Numbered from the stretch's first letter, positions 1 to 8,504 are shown. The stretch: DNA of 32,000 nucleotides from Candidatus Methanoperedens nitratireducens (GCF_900196725.1 NZ_FZMP01000219.1:1-32000); one strand, 5' to 3'. Program-made: numbers and translations. The notes: a model not told the origin generated them from the sequence alone.

Positions 1-1222
1 ATTAACATTACAATGATTCAATACTTCCAGGCATTTCATCCATCTTATATTTCCACTTAAAAATCACAGGCATTTCATTGATTTCATCAAGATACTGACC
101 TATGCGTTCAATCAACTCATTTTTAGATGACACCCTTATTCCTCTTAACATACTTCTGGTCATTTTACTGAATAAACTCTCAATAATGTTCAGCCAGGAA
201 GCATGTTTTGGAGTAAAAACAAACTGAAATCTTTGCGGGACAGTTTCGAGATATTTTTGGGTTTCTTTTGATGTATGCATTCTGAGATTATCAAGAATTA
301 CAACAATTTTTAATTTTTCAGGATAGTATGAATCCATTTCTTTCAAAAATTCAATGAATTCACTGCTCCGATGCTTTTCATGTATTTTGTAATGAATTAT
401 ACCAGTCAATAAATCAATTCCAGCCAGTAATGAAAGGGTCCCAAATCTTTTATACTCGTAATCACGTGATACCGTTGAATATTCCCCTGCCACTGGCATT
501 AAATCTGGATACTTATTACCTATTGCCTGTATTCCTGGTTTTTCATCGCATGAAACAATCGCTATATCGATATCGTTTCCTTCATTCTTCAATTTTTTTA
601 ATAATTCAACCTTCTTGTAGGTATGTAAGACAAGGACACTCTTTGATTCGAATTCGGGATCTACACGATGAATATATGAAGAAATTTTATGGGGTTTTAT
701 ATTACTTGCTCCAAGAATTTTTGAAATTGTTCCGGAAGATATCTTTGACGCTTCGGGAAATCCCATTGCTACACAATTTTTTTGAATATATTTAGCCAGC
801 AATTGATGTGTCCAGAGTTCATGCGGATATCCAAAATCCTTTGGTTTCATGCAAGCAATTGAAATAATCCAGGCACGGGCTTCTGCAGTGATGTCCCGTG
901 GTTTTCCGCTTCTTGGAAGATCATCGATTGCTTCTTTGATCCCATATGCAAGAGCTTTCTTGATGCATCGAATGACTTTTTGACGATTTGTGCCTAATTT
1001 CTCTGCAATTTTGGAATCGTTTATCCCTTGATAAGTTAACAGCAAAATTTTTGCTCTTTCTATTTCTCTCATAGGTTTGGTGCGAGAAATGCTTAAAGAA
1101 GTAAGATATTCGATTTCCTTTTCGGTCAATTGTAATTTCGAGCGCGTGCTTAAAAATGGCATATTATTATATTAGCGCTCTTTAGTAATAAATGTTGTTA
1201 TGTTATTTTGGAATTGTTATAC
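1..1222 (-). mobile_element. Partial IS630/Tc1-mariner-family insertion sequence. The left end runs off the window; the right end is inferred near CTAG at 1222-1225.
   Basis: It contains the transposase ORF 8..1162. Only 7 nt separate the ORF stop from the window start, so the left terminus and inverted repeat are not visible. CTAG, the classical IS630 target with TA duplication, sits at 1222-1225, about 60 nt upstream of the transposase ATG. The element is AT-rich relative to the flanking genes. Confidence 0.55.
8..1162 (-). CDS. IS630-family DDE transposase (HTH + DDE_3-type core)
   Basis: 384-aa intact ORF. The N-terminus has helix-turn-helix-like segments (IERAKILLLTYQGINDSKIAEKLGTNRQKV). 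The C-terminal core reads VSCDEKPGIQA ... VVILDNLRMHTSKE ... FTPKHASWLNIIESLFSKM, which is typical of IS630/Tc1-mariner transposases. Confidence 0.85.
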   Translation of the reverse strand: MPFLSTRSKLQLTEKEIEYLTSLSISRTKPMREIERAKILLLTYQGINDSKIAEKLGTNRQKVIRCIKKALAYGIKEAIDDLPRSGKPRDITAEARAWIISIACMKPKDFGYPHELWTHQLLAKYIQKNCVAMGFPEASKISSGTISKILGASNIKPHKISSYIHRVDPEFESKSVLVLHTYKKVELLKKLKNEGNDIDIAIVSCDEKPGIQAIGNKYPDLMPVAGEYSTVSRDYEYKRFGTLSLLAGIDLLTGIIHYKIHEKHRSSEFIEFLKEMDSYYPEKLKIVVILDNLRMHTSKETQKYLETVPQRFQFVFTPKHASWLNIIESLFSKMTRSMLRGIRVSSKNELIERIGQYLDEINEMPVIFKWKYKMDEMPGSIESL

Positions 1223-1361
1223 TAGATTTCTTCGGAGGATAGCGAACGCATTTTAGATGTGCCTCTATCGGACCTTCCCAGCCTTTTAATTTATCTGGGT
1301 CCTCATCAATAAGCTTAAGAAGCTCATCCTCGTCTTTTGCTTCATATTTCTTTAGTTTCAT
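1203..1361 (-). pseudogene. BrnA-like antitoxin remnant (52-aa ORF, apparently lacking a DNA-binding C-terminal domain)
   Basis: ORF below the track cutoff: MKLKKYEAKDEDELLKLIDEDPDKLKGWEGPIEAHLKCVRYPPKKSSITIPK. Its ATG (1359-1361) lies 5 nt after the stop of the extended BrnT frame, giving the toxin-first order seen in brnTA. No ribbon-helix-helix-like C-terminus is present. The last codons cross CTAG 1222-1225 into the putative IS end. Confidence 0.3.
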
Positions 1362-1366
1362 AATAT

Positions 1367-1633
1367 TCACTTAGCTTTATCATTATATATCTCTTTGTAT
1401 TCAGAAGCAGGTCTTGCACTTAACACTTTAAGCCCGCTTTCTTACGGGATAGCAATAACCATTATCAGTCTTCCGAAAGCCTCCCCAATTACTTGATATC
1501 TTAGTTCTTTATTTACATATATCTTTCTTTTATAAATTTTACCTTTAAAAATTTGCTCGATTTCATAATCTTTCACCCTATGTTTAAAAGCATGCTCATG
1601 TATCTCTATTTCTAAGTTTTTCCAATTAACCAT
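1367..1633 (-). pseudogene. brnT: BrnT-family (DUF497) ribonuclease toxin interrupted by an in-frame TAA
   Basis: The 63-aa ORF 1442..1633 reads ...HEHAFKHRVKDYEIEQIF...RYQVIGEAFGRLIMVIAIP and stops at TAA (1442-1444). The same frame continues ESGLKVLSARPASEYKEIYNDKAK and stops at TGA (1367-1369). The continuation carries the family C-terminal signature (I/V)-(I/L)-S-A-R-P-A-x-x-x-E-x-x-Y. The combined length of about 90 aa is typical for BrnT. Confidence 0.6.
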
Positions 1634-1740
1634 ACCTTTGGCTCGTGGGGCTTAATTACATGCTCTATTTAAATTATTTTTGCAAAAGTGCGCCCTTGCT
1701 GATATTTTGAGTTTTACACAATCTATGCCACATTTTTGTA

Positions 1741-2331
1741 CTATTCAATTTCACCCTTCTCAAACACCACAATTCCCGTTCTCAGCCCTTCAGCTTCCTT
1801 TTCCGTAAGCCCCCTGCGCATCGCATTAGTGGCAATAATGGCGCTATTGCCTATCGGGTCTTCGATTATAACAGTGATCTCAAAATCCCCCGCCTTTACT
1901 TTCTCGATTATACACAGGAGTTCCTGCGCGCGCTCAGTCTTATCCGGCTCGTCCCATCGCGTTACCATCTCAAGTATGTCCTCCACTCTATCGAGAACCC
2001 CTTCGACGTTCGAGACAAAGGATTCCGAGGCAGGTCCGGGCTCTATATCCACACCAAGCTCAGGTATCCTTACCGTACCGGAAGTTGAGCGAACGACCCG
2101 CGCATCCAGGTCATCTCTGCCGCTTATCTTTAATTCGTAATGCACAGGCTCGTGCTGTGCAAGGATAAGCGTGTCCGAGTACTTGAATCCGCAATCGCAC
2201 AGGGAAGTGATATGCATCACCTCTCCAAAAAAAGGGATGTCGTCAGGGACCCAGAGCGTTACAAGCTCCTTACAGCACAGCGGACAGGTATTCCTGGTAA
2301 CTGTCAGAGGGGCAGGGTATTCCGGGTTCAC
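1741..2331 (-). CDS. ZPR1-type zinc-finger protein
   Basis: 196 aa with CPLCC...(x)...CDCG zinc-ribbon cysteines followed by a ZPR1-like beta domain (RSTSGTVRIPELGVDIEPG). It overlaps the upstream sepF-like gene by 4 nt. Confidence 0.75.
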   Translation of the reverse strand: MNPEYPAPLTVTRNTCPLCCKELVTLWVPDDIPFFGEVMHITSLCDCGFKYSDTLILAQHEPVHYELKISGRDDLDARVVRSTSGTVRIPELGVDIEPGPASESFVSNVEGVLDRVEDILEMVTRWDEPDKTERAQELLCIIEKVKAGDFEITVIIEDPIGNSAIIATNAMRRGLTEKEAEGLRTGIVVFEKGEIE

Positions 2332-2696
2332 TTTAGCTTTTGCCTGTCGATACGTATGCTGCGCGGGGTCACAATGACCTGGTCTTCTTTTACCAGCGCA
2401 ATATCACCATGTACATCGGTAACGACCTGTTTCAGGTCTTTGACCGCCCTGTCGAACAGCAGCTTGTCGTGTTTTGCAGGCGATACATCAATAATAACAA
2501 CGTTTCCTTCATACACCTGTTTCTTCAGTTCAGGCAGTATATCAAGTCCTGTAAGCTCTGCCACGCGTATGAACATACTCGTCGGCTCATCCTTAAAACC
2601 TTCCTCGAATTCAGAAAGATCAAGTTCCTGATACTCCTCTACCTCAGATTTTGCCTTCTTCCCGCTTCCAATGAGCTTATCTAAAAATTTAGCCAT
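2328..2696 (-). CDS. sepF: Archaeal SepF-like cell-division protein (DUF552)
   Basis: 122 aa with a short basic N-terminal amphipathic segment (MAKFLDKLIGSGKK), an acidic linker, and a C-terminal core (FIRVAELTGLDILPELKKQVYEGNVVIIDVS...DIALVKEDQVIVTP). GGTGAT Shine-Dalgarno 7 nt upstream; TATA-like TTATAAATAG further upstream on the minus strand. Confidence 0.7.
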   Translation of the reverse strand: MAKFLDKLIGSGKKAKSEVEEYQELDLSEFEEGFKDEPTSMFIRVAELTGLDILPELKKQVYEGNVVIIDVSPAKHDKLLFDRAVKDLKQVVTDVHGDIALVKEDQVIVTPRSIRIDRQKLK

Positions 2697-2825
2697 GAAT
2701 TCATCACCTGTCCTTTTTAATGTGTATTTCTATTTATAACTATGGTGGCCAATGAATTAATCAAATATAAGCGTCGGATGCATGCTGAAGCAAAGAAAAG
2801 TATAGTGTGGTTATTTATTGCTAAG

Positions 2826-2934
2826 GTTTCAATCCCTTATGGGTTTTCCAATGCGCTGCGATTCGATGAGAGTATCGGACTACCTGAATATCGAAGTGTT
2901 TCAATCCCTTATGGGTTTTCCAATGCGCTGCGAT
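2826..2934 (-). CRISPR. Minimal CRISPR array: two identical 37-nt repeats flanking one 35-nt spacer
   Basis: The repeat GTTTCAATCCCTTATGGGTTTTCCAATGCGCTGCGAT occurs at 2826-2862 and 2898-2934 with no mismatch. The spacer, 2863-2897, is TCGATGAGAGTATCGGACTACCTGAATATCGAAGT. The reverse complement of the repeat ends in ATTGAAAC, the common 8-nt crRNA 5' handle. That places transcription on the minus strand, the same direction as the cas operon. No further degenerate repeat was seen in 2700-2825. Confidence 0.85.
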
Positions 2935-3063
2935 GGCATAGTAAAAATGCTTCTTTTGCCGTATAATCCTTTCCAAATCCTCAGAATTATGTGGTCATTT
3001 CAGAGACCTTATGCATACCCGTTATTTATATACGTTCAAGAAGAATGACCAGAAATCGATGGT
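2935..3063 (-). promoter_or_regulatory. Putative CRISPR leader with a TATA-like box
   Basis: 129-nt non-coding stretch between the cas2 stop (3064) and the first repeat (2934). The minus strand reads CGTATATAAATAAC around 3022-3035, about 90 nt upstream of the first repeat. Confidence 0.45.
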
Positions 3064-3330
3064 TTATATAACATTTGATTTTTTCACTTGCGTTTGTTCG
3101 CCAAGTTCGGATATGTTATTAATGCATCTTTCGCATAAAGAATAAATCCGGATCTTATCATTGCTCTCAATAATGCTCTTCAACCTGTCTTCCAGTTCAA
3201 TCCTCTCAATGCTATCAATCTCAAGCTCAAAAACACTGTACTGTTTCCAAGCGCCAAATTCCTGAAGTGTCCTGAAAACATGCCTTCGGATGCCGTCATC
3301 GCTAATATCGTAGGTGATTACAAGTCTCAT
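3064..3330 (-). CDS. cas2: CRISPR-associated endoribonuclease Cas2
   Basis: 88 aa starting MRLVITYDISDD...RRHVFRTLQEFGAWKQYSVFE, the canonical Cas2 N-terminal beta strand with catalytic Asp and ferredoxin fold pattern. It overlaps the cas1 stop by 4 nt. Confidence 0.9.
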   Translation of the reverse strand: MRLVITYDISDDGIRRHVFRTLQEFGAWKQYSVFELEIDSIERIELEDRLKSIIESNDKIRIYSLCERCINNISELGEQTQVKKSNVI

Positions 3331-4325
3331 TTAGGATACTCCAGTGGATAATACTCTTTCAGTTCGCCAGTAATGGCTTTTCGCAAAAGTATAGCCTGCA
3401 TCCTGATGGCTTTTCTGCGATTGACAGTATATTCGAACTTGGGATGGTTGAACTCTTCCTTCATATACTCATCGTACTTTTCAAGATATTTCTTGAAAGC
3501 ATCCTTTATCAGCCGATTATCCACCCCAAAATCATCATGTGTAATCTCACCGCGGTTCACAAGCCTGAGCACGAATGCATCAGCGAATATAGCCCTGAAC
3601 TCCTCTATCAGATCAAGCGCCAGTGCCGGTCTCCCGTGTCTATCAGCATGCATTATACCGAGGAACGGGTCAAGGTTGTACTGGCGCAGTCCGCTCTGCA
3701 CTTCGTTCTTTATCATCGTGTATGTCAGGGACATAAGCGCATTGATATGGTCTTGCGGCGGGCGCCTGGTGCGTTTTTCGAAAGTCCAGTCACCTACAAG
3801 GCACTCGTTGAGCAGGCTGAAATAGATATCTGAAGCCATCCCTTCAAAACCCATCAGATCATCGATGTTTTTGATATTCTTATCTTCGAGTACCCGCACC
3901 TCAATATCCAGCAGCTTGTCCGTGGATTTCACGCCTTTTCTTGAAAGGAGTATTCTTGAATTGTGTATCTTTGCCCGGATTATCCTTTTGGCGATGACAA
4001 GTTTTTCAGCATCGGTCTGAGCATACTGGCGCCGCCTTATCTCAGCGATAGTGTTCATCTCAGGCACAAAACTGCCGCGGTAGGCGCCGTTCTCTGTGAA
4101 ATAATTGAGAACGATGCCGTGTTCATTTGCGCTTGCGACAAACGGCGTGGTGAAATTTACACCTCCGAAGACGTTGATGGTGTCCACTTTGCCAATCGGG
4201 AAAGAAGCAAGCTCCCCCTCGCCTTTCTTCGTTACCCTGATTCTCCCGCCGTCGATGCCAATGACGCTTCCCTGCGTGGTCACGAATATCACGCTGTCGT
4301 CGAATATGCCTTCGCTTTCTTTCAT
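3327..4325 (-). CDS. cas1: CRISPR-associated integrase Cas1
   Basis: Cas1-like throughout, including RRPPQDHINALMSLTYTM and GIMHADRHGRPALALDLIEEFR (Cas1 active-site region). The track ORF extends to 4430. The ATG at 4323-4325 (MKESEGIF...) sits 1 nt after the cas4 stop, so I use that start. Confidence 0.9.
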   Translation of the reverse strand: MKESEGIFDDSVIFVTTQGSVIGIDGGRIRVTKKGEGELASFPIGKVDTINVFGGVNFTTPFVASANEHGIVLNYFTENGAYRGSFVPEMNTIAEIRRRQYAQTDAEKLVIAKRIIRAKIHNSRILLSRKGVKSTDKLLDIEVRVLEDKNIKNIDDLMGFEGMASDIYFSLLNECLVGDWTFEKRTRRPPQDHINALMSLTYTMIKNEVQSGLRQYNLDPFLGIMHADRHGRPALALDLIEEFRAIFADAFVLRLVNRGEITHDDFGVDNRLIKDAFKKYLEKYDEYMKEEFNHPKFEYTVNRRKAIRMQAILLRKAITGELKEYYPLEYPK

Positions 4326-4326
4326 T

Positions 4327-4899
4327 TCATACACTCTCCAGTAATTTTGATTCAACAGGCAGGCAGTACTGCGATGTACTGCATTTTGTGCATTTTTTCG
4401 GATTGTCGGTGAAATCGGGAATGGAATCAAGCGACATGTTCCTTATTTTTTCCACCGTCTCGATCACCTTTTCACGGTGCCATCCTGTTATTGTGATGGC
4501 GTAGCGTTCGTTTGTGCCGAAAAGGTAGATGTAGCCCAGGCGCACGGGTTCTTCGAGATAATCTTCAAGGAGCATGCAGTAGGCGGCGAGCTGGATCTCG
4601 TCGTTGTCGAAATAGGAATCGCCATGTTTTCGCTCGATTGGGATCATGTCAGCCTTCCCCTCTATAATGTCGATCTTGCCATGCATGTGCATTTTTTCAG
4701 ACTTAAGGTATATTTCGCGATACCAACCGCCTCTCCTGCTCTGGTTCTTATGTTTTGAGCGCCCGTCCGCGAGGTAGTAGTTCAATCCCTGCGTCTGGTA
4801 GAACATAAGGTAGTAGAGGCGGCGCGGGCAGTAGAGGTACTGATTGAGGTCGGAGACATTGACGAGGTAGAGGTCGTTATCAGTTATCATCCATAGCAT
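4327..4899 (-). CDS. cas4: Cas4 RecB-like exonuclease with Fe-S cluster cysteines
   Basis: 190 aa with an N-terminal YCPRRLYY Cys, a RecB-type nuclease core (IDIIEG...IPIERKHG...QLAAYCMLLE) and C-terminal CTKCSTSQYC. It overlaps the cas3' stop by about 20 nt. Confidence 0.9.
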   Translation of the reverse strand: MLWMITDNDLYLVNVSDLNQYLYCPRRLYYLMFYQTQGLNYYLADGRSKHKNQSRRGGWYREIYLKSEKMHMHGKIDIIEGKADMIPIERKHGDSYFDNDEIQLAAYCMLLEDYLEEPVRLGYIYLFGTNERYAITITGWHREKVIETVEKIRNMSLDSIPDFTDNPKKCTKCSTSQYCLPVESKLLESV

Positions 4900-6720
4900 C
4901 CTCTGATAGTGATATGACCTTTCTATTCCAGAGAATTATCTCATCTGGCAGTATTATGTGGTCAGGCTCGATTGAATAGTACAATGACCGAATACAAGCA
5001 AGGAGAAATCCTTGCTGTTTTTCAGGGAAAACATCAACTGCTTTTTTGGCGATAGTCTCTATTTTTTCATTAAATTGCTCTCTACGCTTTTGATAATCCA
5101 TTAAATCTGGAAAATAGGGAAGTTTTATTGCACTTATGAATGGACCGGTTTCTTCACTTTCGACCTCTCTAATAATGAATCCCTCAGTTGTTCTTTCCAC
5201 AACCGCAGAAACTCGATTCAAAACTGAAAGAAGATCATACATCGTTTGACGTATTTCGTGCCCCCGTGTGTAAATAACTGGATGTCTCAGGGATCTGCCG
5301 CGCAAACTTTTGCATGCATCTTTAATGTCATCAATGAGCAATTTTAATCTTTTCAAGTTCGGATTACTTAATCCACCGTTGTTGTATTTGTTCAGCAAAA
5401 TAAAAAAATTAAGCCATAACTTATAGCTATATCCGGTATCGACTGCAAAATATGCTCTGAGGTCATCTTTTCGGTGTACATATTTCTCAATTGCGATTGC
5501 CTGTCTAAATGTGAATAATGTCCTTACACTTTTTGTTTGAATATTAAATTCACCTGTGATATACGACATCTTCTCTAAAAATGTATGATATGCCACAATT
5601 TCATCTGTAAATATTGGATTTGCTTCTTTTTTTGTATAAATGTAACAATTGGCAGGTTCATGTCGAGCAGCACGACCAAAACGCTGGACAAATGAATCGA
5701 TACTGAAGCCATCTTCCATGAACAGCATTTTTATTGGGTAATCAAGTCCTACCTCACTTTTATTGGTTGAGACCAGAATAGGTTTTGTGAAATCCGGTAT
5801 ATCCCCAATCTGATTTGTATCATAACCGTTATCTTTCTCAGCATACTTGTATATTTCAGGATATTCCTTGAATAAACGAGTAAAAAACAAATTGCTATCC
5901 TTCACAGTATCAAAAATGAATAGAATTTGTGGACTTCCTGGTTTTAGTTCTCCAATTACTTTATGAAGCACATCCGCAATATCTTTAATATTCTCAAGGA
6001 TTTTTCCCTGGTGAAATTCCACTTTCGTTTGATATCGAATAATTTCGCCTTCTTCCATAGAGCAAGGTGTGGCAAAGATATTCTCTATTATAGGAGCATG
6101 TCTCTCCTTTCCGATTCTGACAAGATTGAGAAGTTCGATTATTTCTTTTTTTGGAGTCGCGCTACTCAAAATCACTTTACAAGCACTCATATTTTGAAAT
6201 AACGCAATCTGTGTAAGGATTCCGCTTAACTCAAATTCCCTATATGCATGAAATTCATCATAGATAACATACTCAAAAAGATGAAATGATTGCTCCAAAT
6301 TCTCTTCAGGATTGACATACATACCCCCAATTATCGCTTGAAAAATATCTGGATTGGTTAATATAATATCATATCTCTTTATCAATCCATATAGTTCTTG
6401 GGCGCGCTCGTATCCTTTTTTGAGAGAATTTTTGATGAAATATATATCGGATTGAAACCCTTTTTTTTAAACCGTTCCATCTGGCTCTGAATTAGCGCAT
6501 TGGTTGGATAGACGAGAAGTACCTTATTCCCTTCATGCAACAGATATTCAAAACAGAGTGTTTTTCCAGCACCTGTCGGAGCTATCAATTGAATAACATC
6601 TGCTTTATTATATTTCACGCAATCGATGAATTCTTTCTGGAAAAGACGCAATTTTCCCGAAGGAGTAAAATTATGTGTATCCTCCATCACTGGAAGATGA
6701 ACCTCCCCGACGATCACCAT
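4880..6720 (-). pseudogene. cas3: Cas3' superfamily-2 helicase without an HD domain, split into two ORFs (6382..6720 and 4880..6385) by a frameshift in an A6 run
   Basis: The upstream ORF carries helicase motif I (APTGAGKT) and Ia (VYPTNAL). The downstream ORF carries motif II (YDEFH), motif III (SSATP) and motif VI-like QRFGRAARH. The downstream frame is already open across the junction and reads KKGYERAQELYGLIKRYDIILTNPDIF. One extra A in the run at 6416-6421, or a -1 slip, would give a continuous protein of about 613 aa. Confidence 0.85.
6415..6421 (-). other. A-AAA-AAG heptamer in the zero frame at the cas3' frame break
   Basis: In the upstream ORF frame the minus strand reads TCA AAA AAG GAT. 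After a -1 shift the next codon is GGA, entering the downstream frame. The GC-rich decamer GAGCGCGCCC (6400-6409) starts 5 nt downstream. Confidence 0.6.
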
Positions 6721-6726
6721 GAGTTA

Positions 6727-7449
6727 TCACCTTAATACCATTGGTATGAGATTCTCATTGACAAATTTGAAATCCACATCGAGAAAATGCTGTTTTCTGA
6801 AATCACTGCCTCGTGAAAACTTTCCTGATATTTTAATTATATCATGAAGATTTTTCTCACTTATCCCATAAACTTCTTTCAGCATATACATATTCAGGTG
6901 AACCTTTTCAGCAAGTTTTGTTTTTTTCAATCTCAATTCCCCACTTCTTCGTATCCCTAAATTTAACAAAATATCATCCGGCAGTGATTCTTTTGACCAG
7001 ACTGTAAATTCAAATATACTCCCAGGAGCAAGTCCGATATACCGTCTTACTTTACTTATGCCTACTGGAGAATCCATACATCGAGGTTCAGATTTTTCGA
7101 ATCTGCCCATATCTCCTTTTGGCTGAGATGTAACAGTAACTGTCAAACTTCGCTCGGATAGATATTCCGTGCTTTTGAAAGTCTCTTCTTTAAAACTGAC
7201 ATCGATTGGCTTCCCATCACTTATGAATAAACCGATATCGTTAAGTTCCTTATAATTATGGTTGGCAGCTTCTTCATCAATGAGCCTGTAATGTTTTTTT
7301 AATAATCCTAGGGAATAGGCAAATGAATATGTGAGTGCTGTGCTTCCTAATATTCGATCAGCGTTAATCAGAACCCCTTCTGAACTCGAATAAAAAAGGG
7401 GAGAATAGAGAGTTGCATTGTATGTTGTTATCTCCACATTTATCACCAA
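6727..7449 (-). CDS. cas5: Cas5-family subunit, Csc1-like (type I-D Cas5)
   Basis: 240 aa. The N-terminus ATLYSPLFYSSSEG...ILGSTALTYSFAYSLGL resembles the Csc1/Cas5 N-terminal motif (F-x-S-x-E ... ALxYAL). It sits between cas7 and cas3'. The start is ambiguous: TTG at 7449, or GTG at 7446 or 7437, with GGTGAT inside the first codons. Confidence 0.65.
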   Translation of the reverse strand: MVINVEITTYNATLYSPLFYSSSEGVLINADRILGSTALTYSFAYSLGLLKKHYRLIDEEAANHNYKELNDIGLFISDGKPIDVSFKEETFKSTEYLSERSLTVTVTSQPKGDMGRFEKSEPRCMDSPVGISKVRRYIGLAPGSIFEFTVWSKESLPDDILLNLGIRRSGELRLKKTKLAEKVHLNMYMLKEVYGISEKNLHDIIKISGKFSRGSDFRKQHFLDVDFKFVNENLIPMVLR

Positions 7450-7457
7450 TAATGTTC

Positions 7458-8504
7458 TTATTTCTTCAGAGGGTTGCTGTTATTAGGAACTTGTGTTGTT
7501 TTATCATCTGGTTTTTTATTAACAATTTCAAGTCCTTGTGCGCGCAAAATTTCAAGCACATTCTTGAGAACCAAGGATTGCTCTTTTTTTAAGCGACTTC
7601 CTACCTCAATTGAATCTAAAATCCATTGAGGAAACTCACTGCCTTCATCCAATTTAAAATCTTTAGCATGATATATTTTCCAATCAGCGCGTTTATGTTC
7701 CTCGATATAGGCTGAAATCGCTGCTTGAATAGCTGACCTTGATAATTCATTTTTTACATCTTTAATATGATCACAAATGAGTTCACCACAACTGAGACTG
7801 CTATCACTCTCGGAGGTAATCAAGCCAATAATTTCGTTTTTCATGTTTCTGCCAGTACGGGTTTCTCGCGCTCCATATCGTCCCGTGTTAAGGATGTTGT
7901 GGATCAGATACAGAAACATCTCTCTTGTACCAGCTTCAAGCGTAATGAAATGAACAAAATGTGTTCCAGGCTGCACTTTTACAGGATTGAACAGAGCTTC
8001 AGATTGACCCCCAGCTTCATCTCGCATCGTTCCACTTTCAAAGAGAGCATTATGTGTTTCCTTATTCATCAGGTCGTAAGGTTCTAAACTGTATGTATAT
8101 CCCTCGATCACTCGGCTTTTTTGAGAAAAGGTGGCGCCTGAAACTGTGCCTGCAAGACCATATGTTAATAAATCGGCTGTCTGGGATTTCGGTAGGCTTG
8201 GAATTGGTTCATTGTATGTATATTCTGCTGAGATTATATTTTCTTTTTCATCAAGCTCGCGGCAGAGGTTCAATCCAGTTAATCTCTCCTTACTTACAAA
8301 CTTCTCTCCATTCACCTGCGCGTGGATAGTGCTATTGAATTCCTGTGTTTCAGCGCGTTCAGAATCCGTGCTTCTAAAGAGAATAGGATCAGTAACAGTT
8401 CTTAAAACTACTAACGTTACTGTTGGTCTTGCTCTTCTATATATTTCATACTTTTCAGCAAATCCATCATCTGGTATGCTTTTCTTAAGTTCATTCCAAT
8501 CCAT
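7458..8504 (-). CDS. cas7: Cas7-family backbone subunit, Csc2-like (type I-D Cas7)
   Basis: 348 aa. The segments KERLTGLNLCRE, ADLLTYGLAGTVSG and FLYLIHNILNTGRYGARETRTGRNMKNEIIG match my recollection of conserved Csc2 blocks. They do not match the I-B Cst2/DevR pattern. A strong AGGTGATCA Shine-Dalgarno overlaps the upstream stop. Confidence 0.7.
   Translation of the reverse strand: MDWNELKKSIPDDGFAEKYEIYRRARPTVTLVVLRTVTDPILFRSTDSERAETQEFNSTIHAQVNGEKFVSKERLTGLNLCRELDEKENIISAEYTYNEPIPSLPKSQTADLLTYGLAGTVSGATFSQKSRVIEGYTYSLEPYDLMNKETHNALFESGTMRDEAGGQSEALFNPVKVQPGTHFVHFITLEAGTREMFLYLIHNILNTGRYGARETRTGRNMKNEIIGLITSESDSSLSCGELICDHIKDVKNELSRSAIQAAISAYIEEHKRADWKIYHAKDFKLDEGSEFPQWILDSIEVGSRLKKEQSLVLKNVLEILRAQGLEIVNKKPDDKTTQVPNNSNPLKK

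Noticed and set aside
1-1205. Partial match (11 of 14) between window positions 1-14 and the reverse complement of ~1187-1200, a candidate IS terminal inverted repeat.
   Set aside because: Positions 1-14 overlap the transposase stop codon, so the true left terminus almost certainly lies outside the window. The match is AT-rich and short enough to arise by chance.
2863-2897. Possible self-targeting by the single spacer.
   Set aside because: I could not find a match to the spacer elsewhere in this window by eye. This is not an exhaustive search, and the rest of the genome is unseen.
2742-3048. Track ORFs 2742..2966 and 2818..3048 with internally repeated peptide segments (SIPYGFSNALR / FQSLMGFPMRCD).
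   Set aside because: The repetition is simply translation across the two CRISPR repeats. These are not genes.
3327-4430. N-terminal extensions in the track for cas1 (to 4430), feoB (from 28917), aor (to 25984), the PUA protein (to 13240), thiDN (from 20309) and the methyltransferase (to 20322).
   Set aside because: Each extension overlaps the neighbouring gene or begins at a non-ATG codon. Each also precedes an internal ATG that fits the family N-terminus or a Shine-Dalgarno or stop-start overlap. The shorter starts were used.
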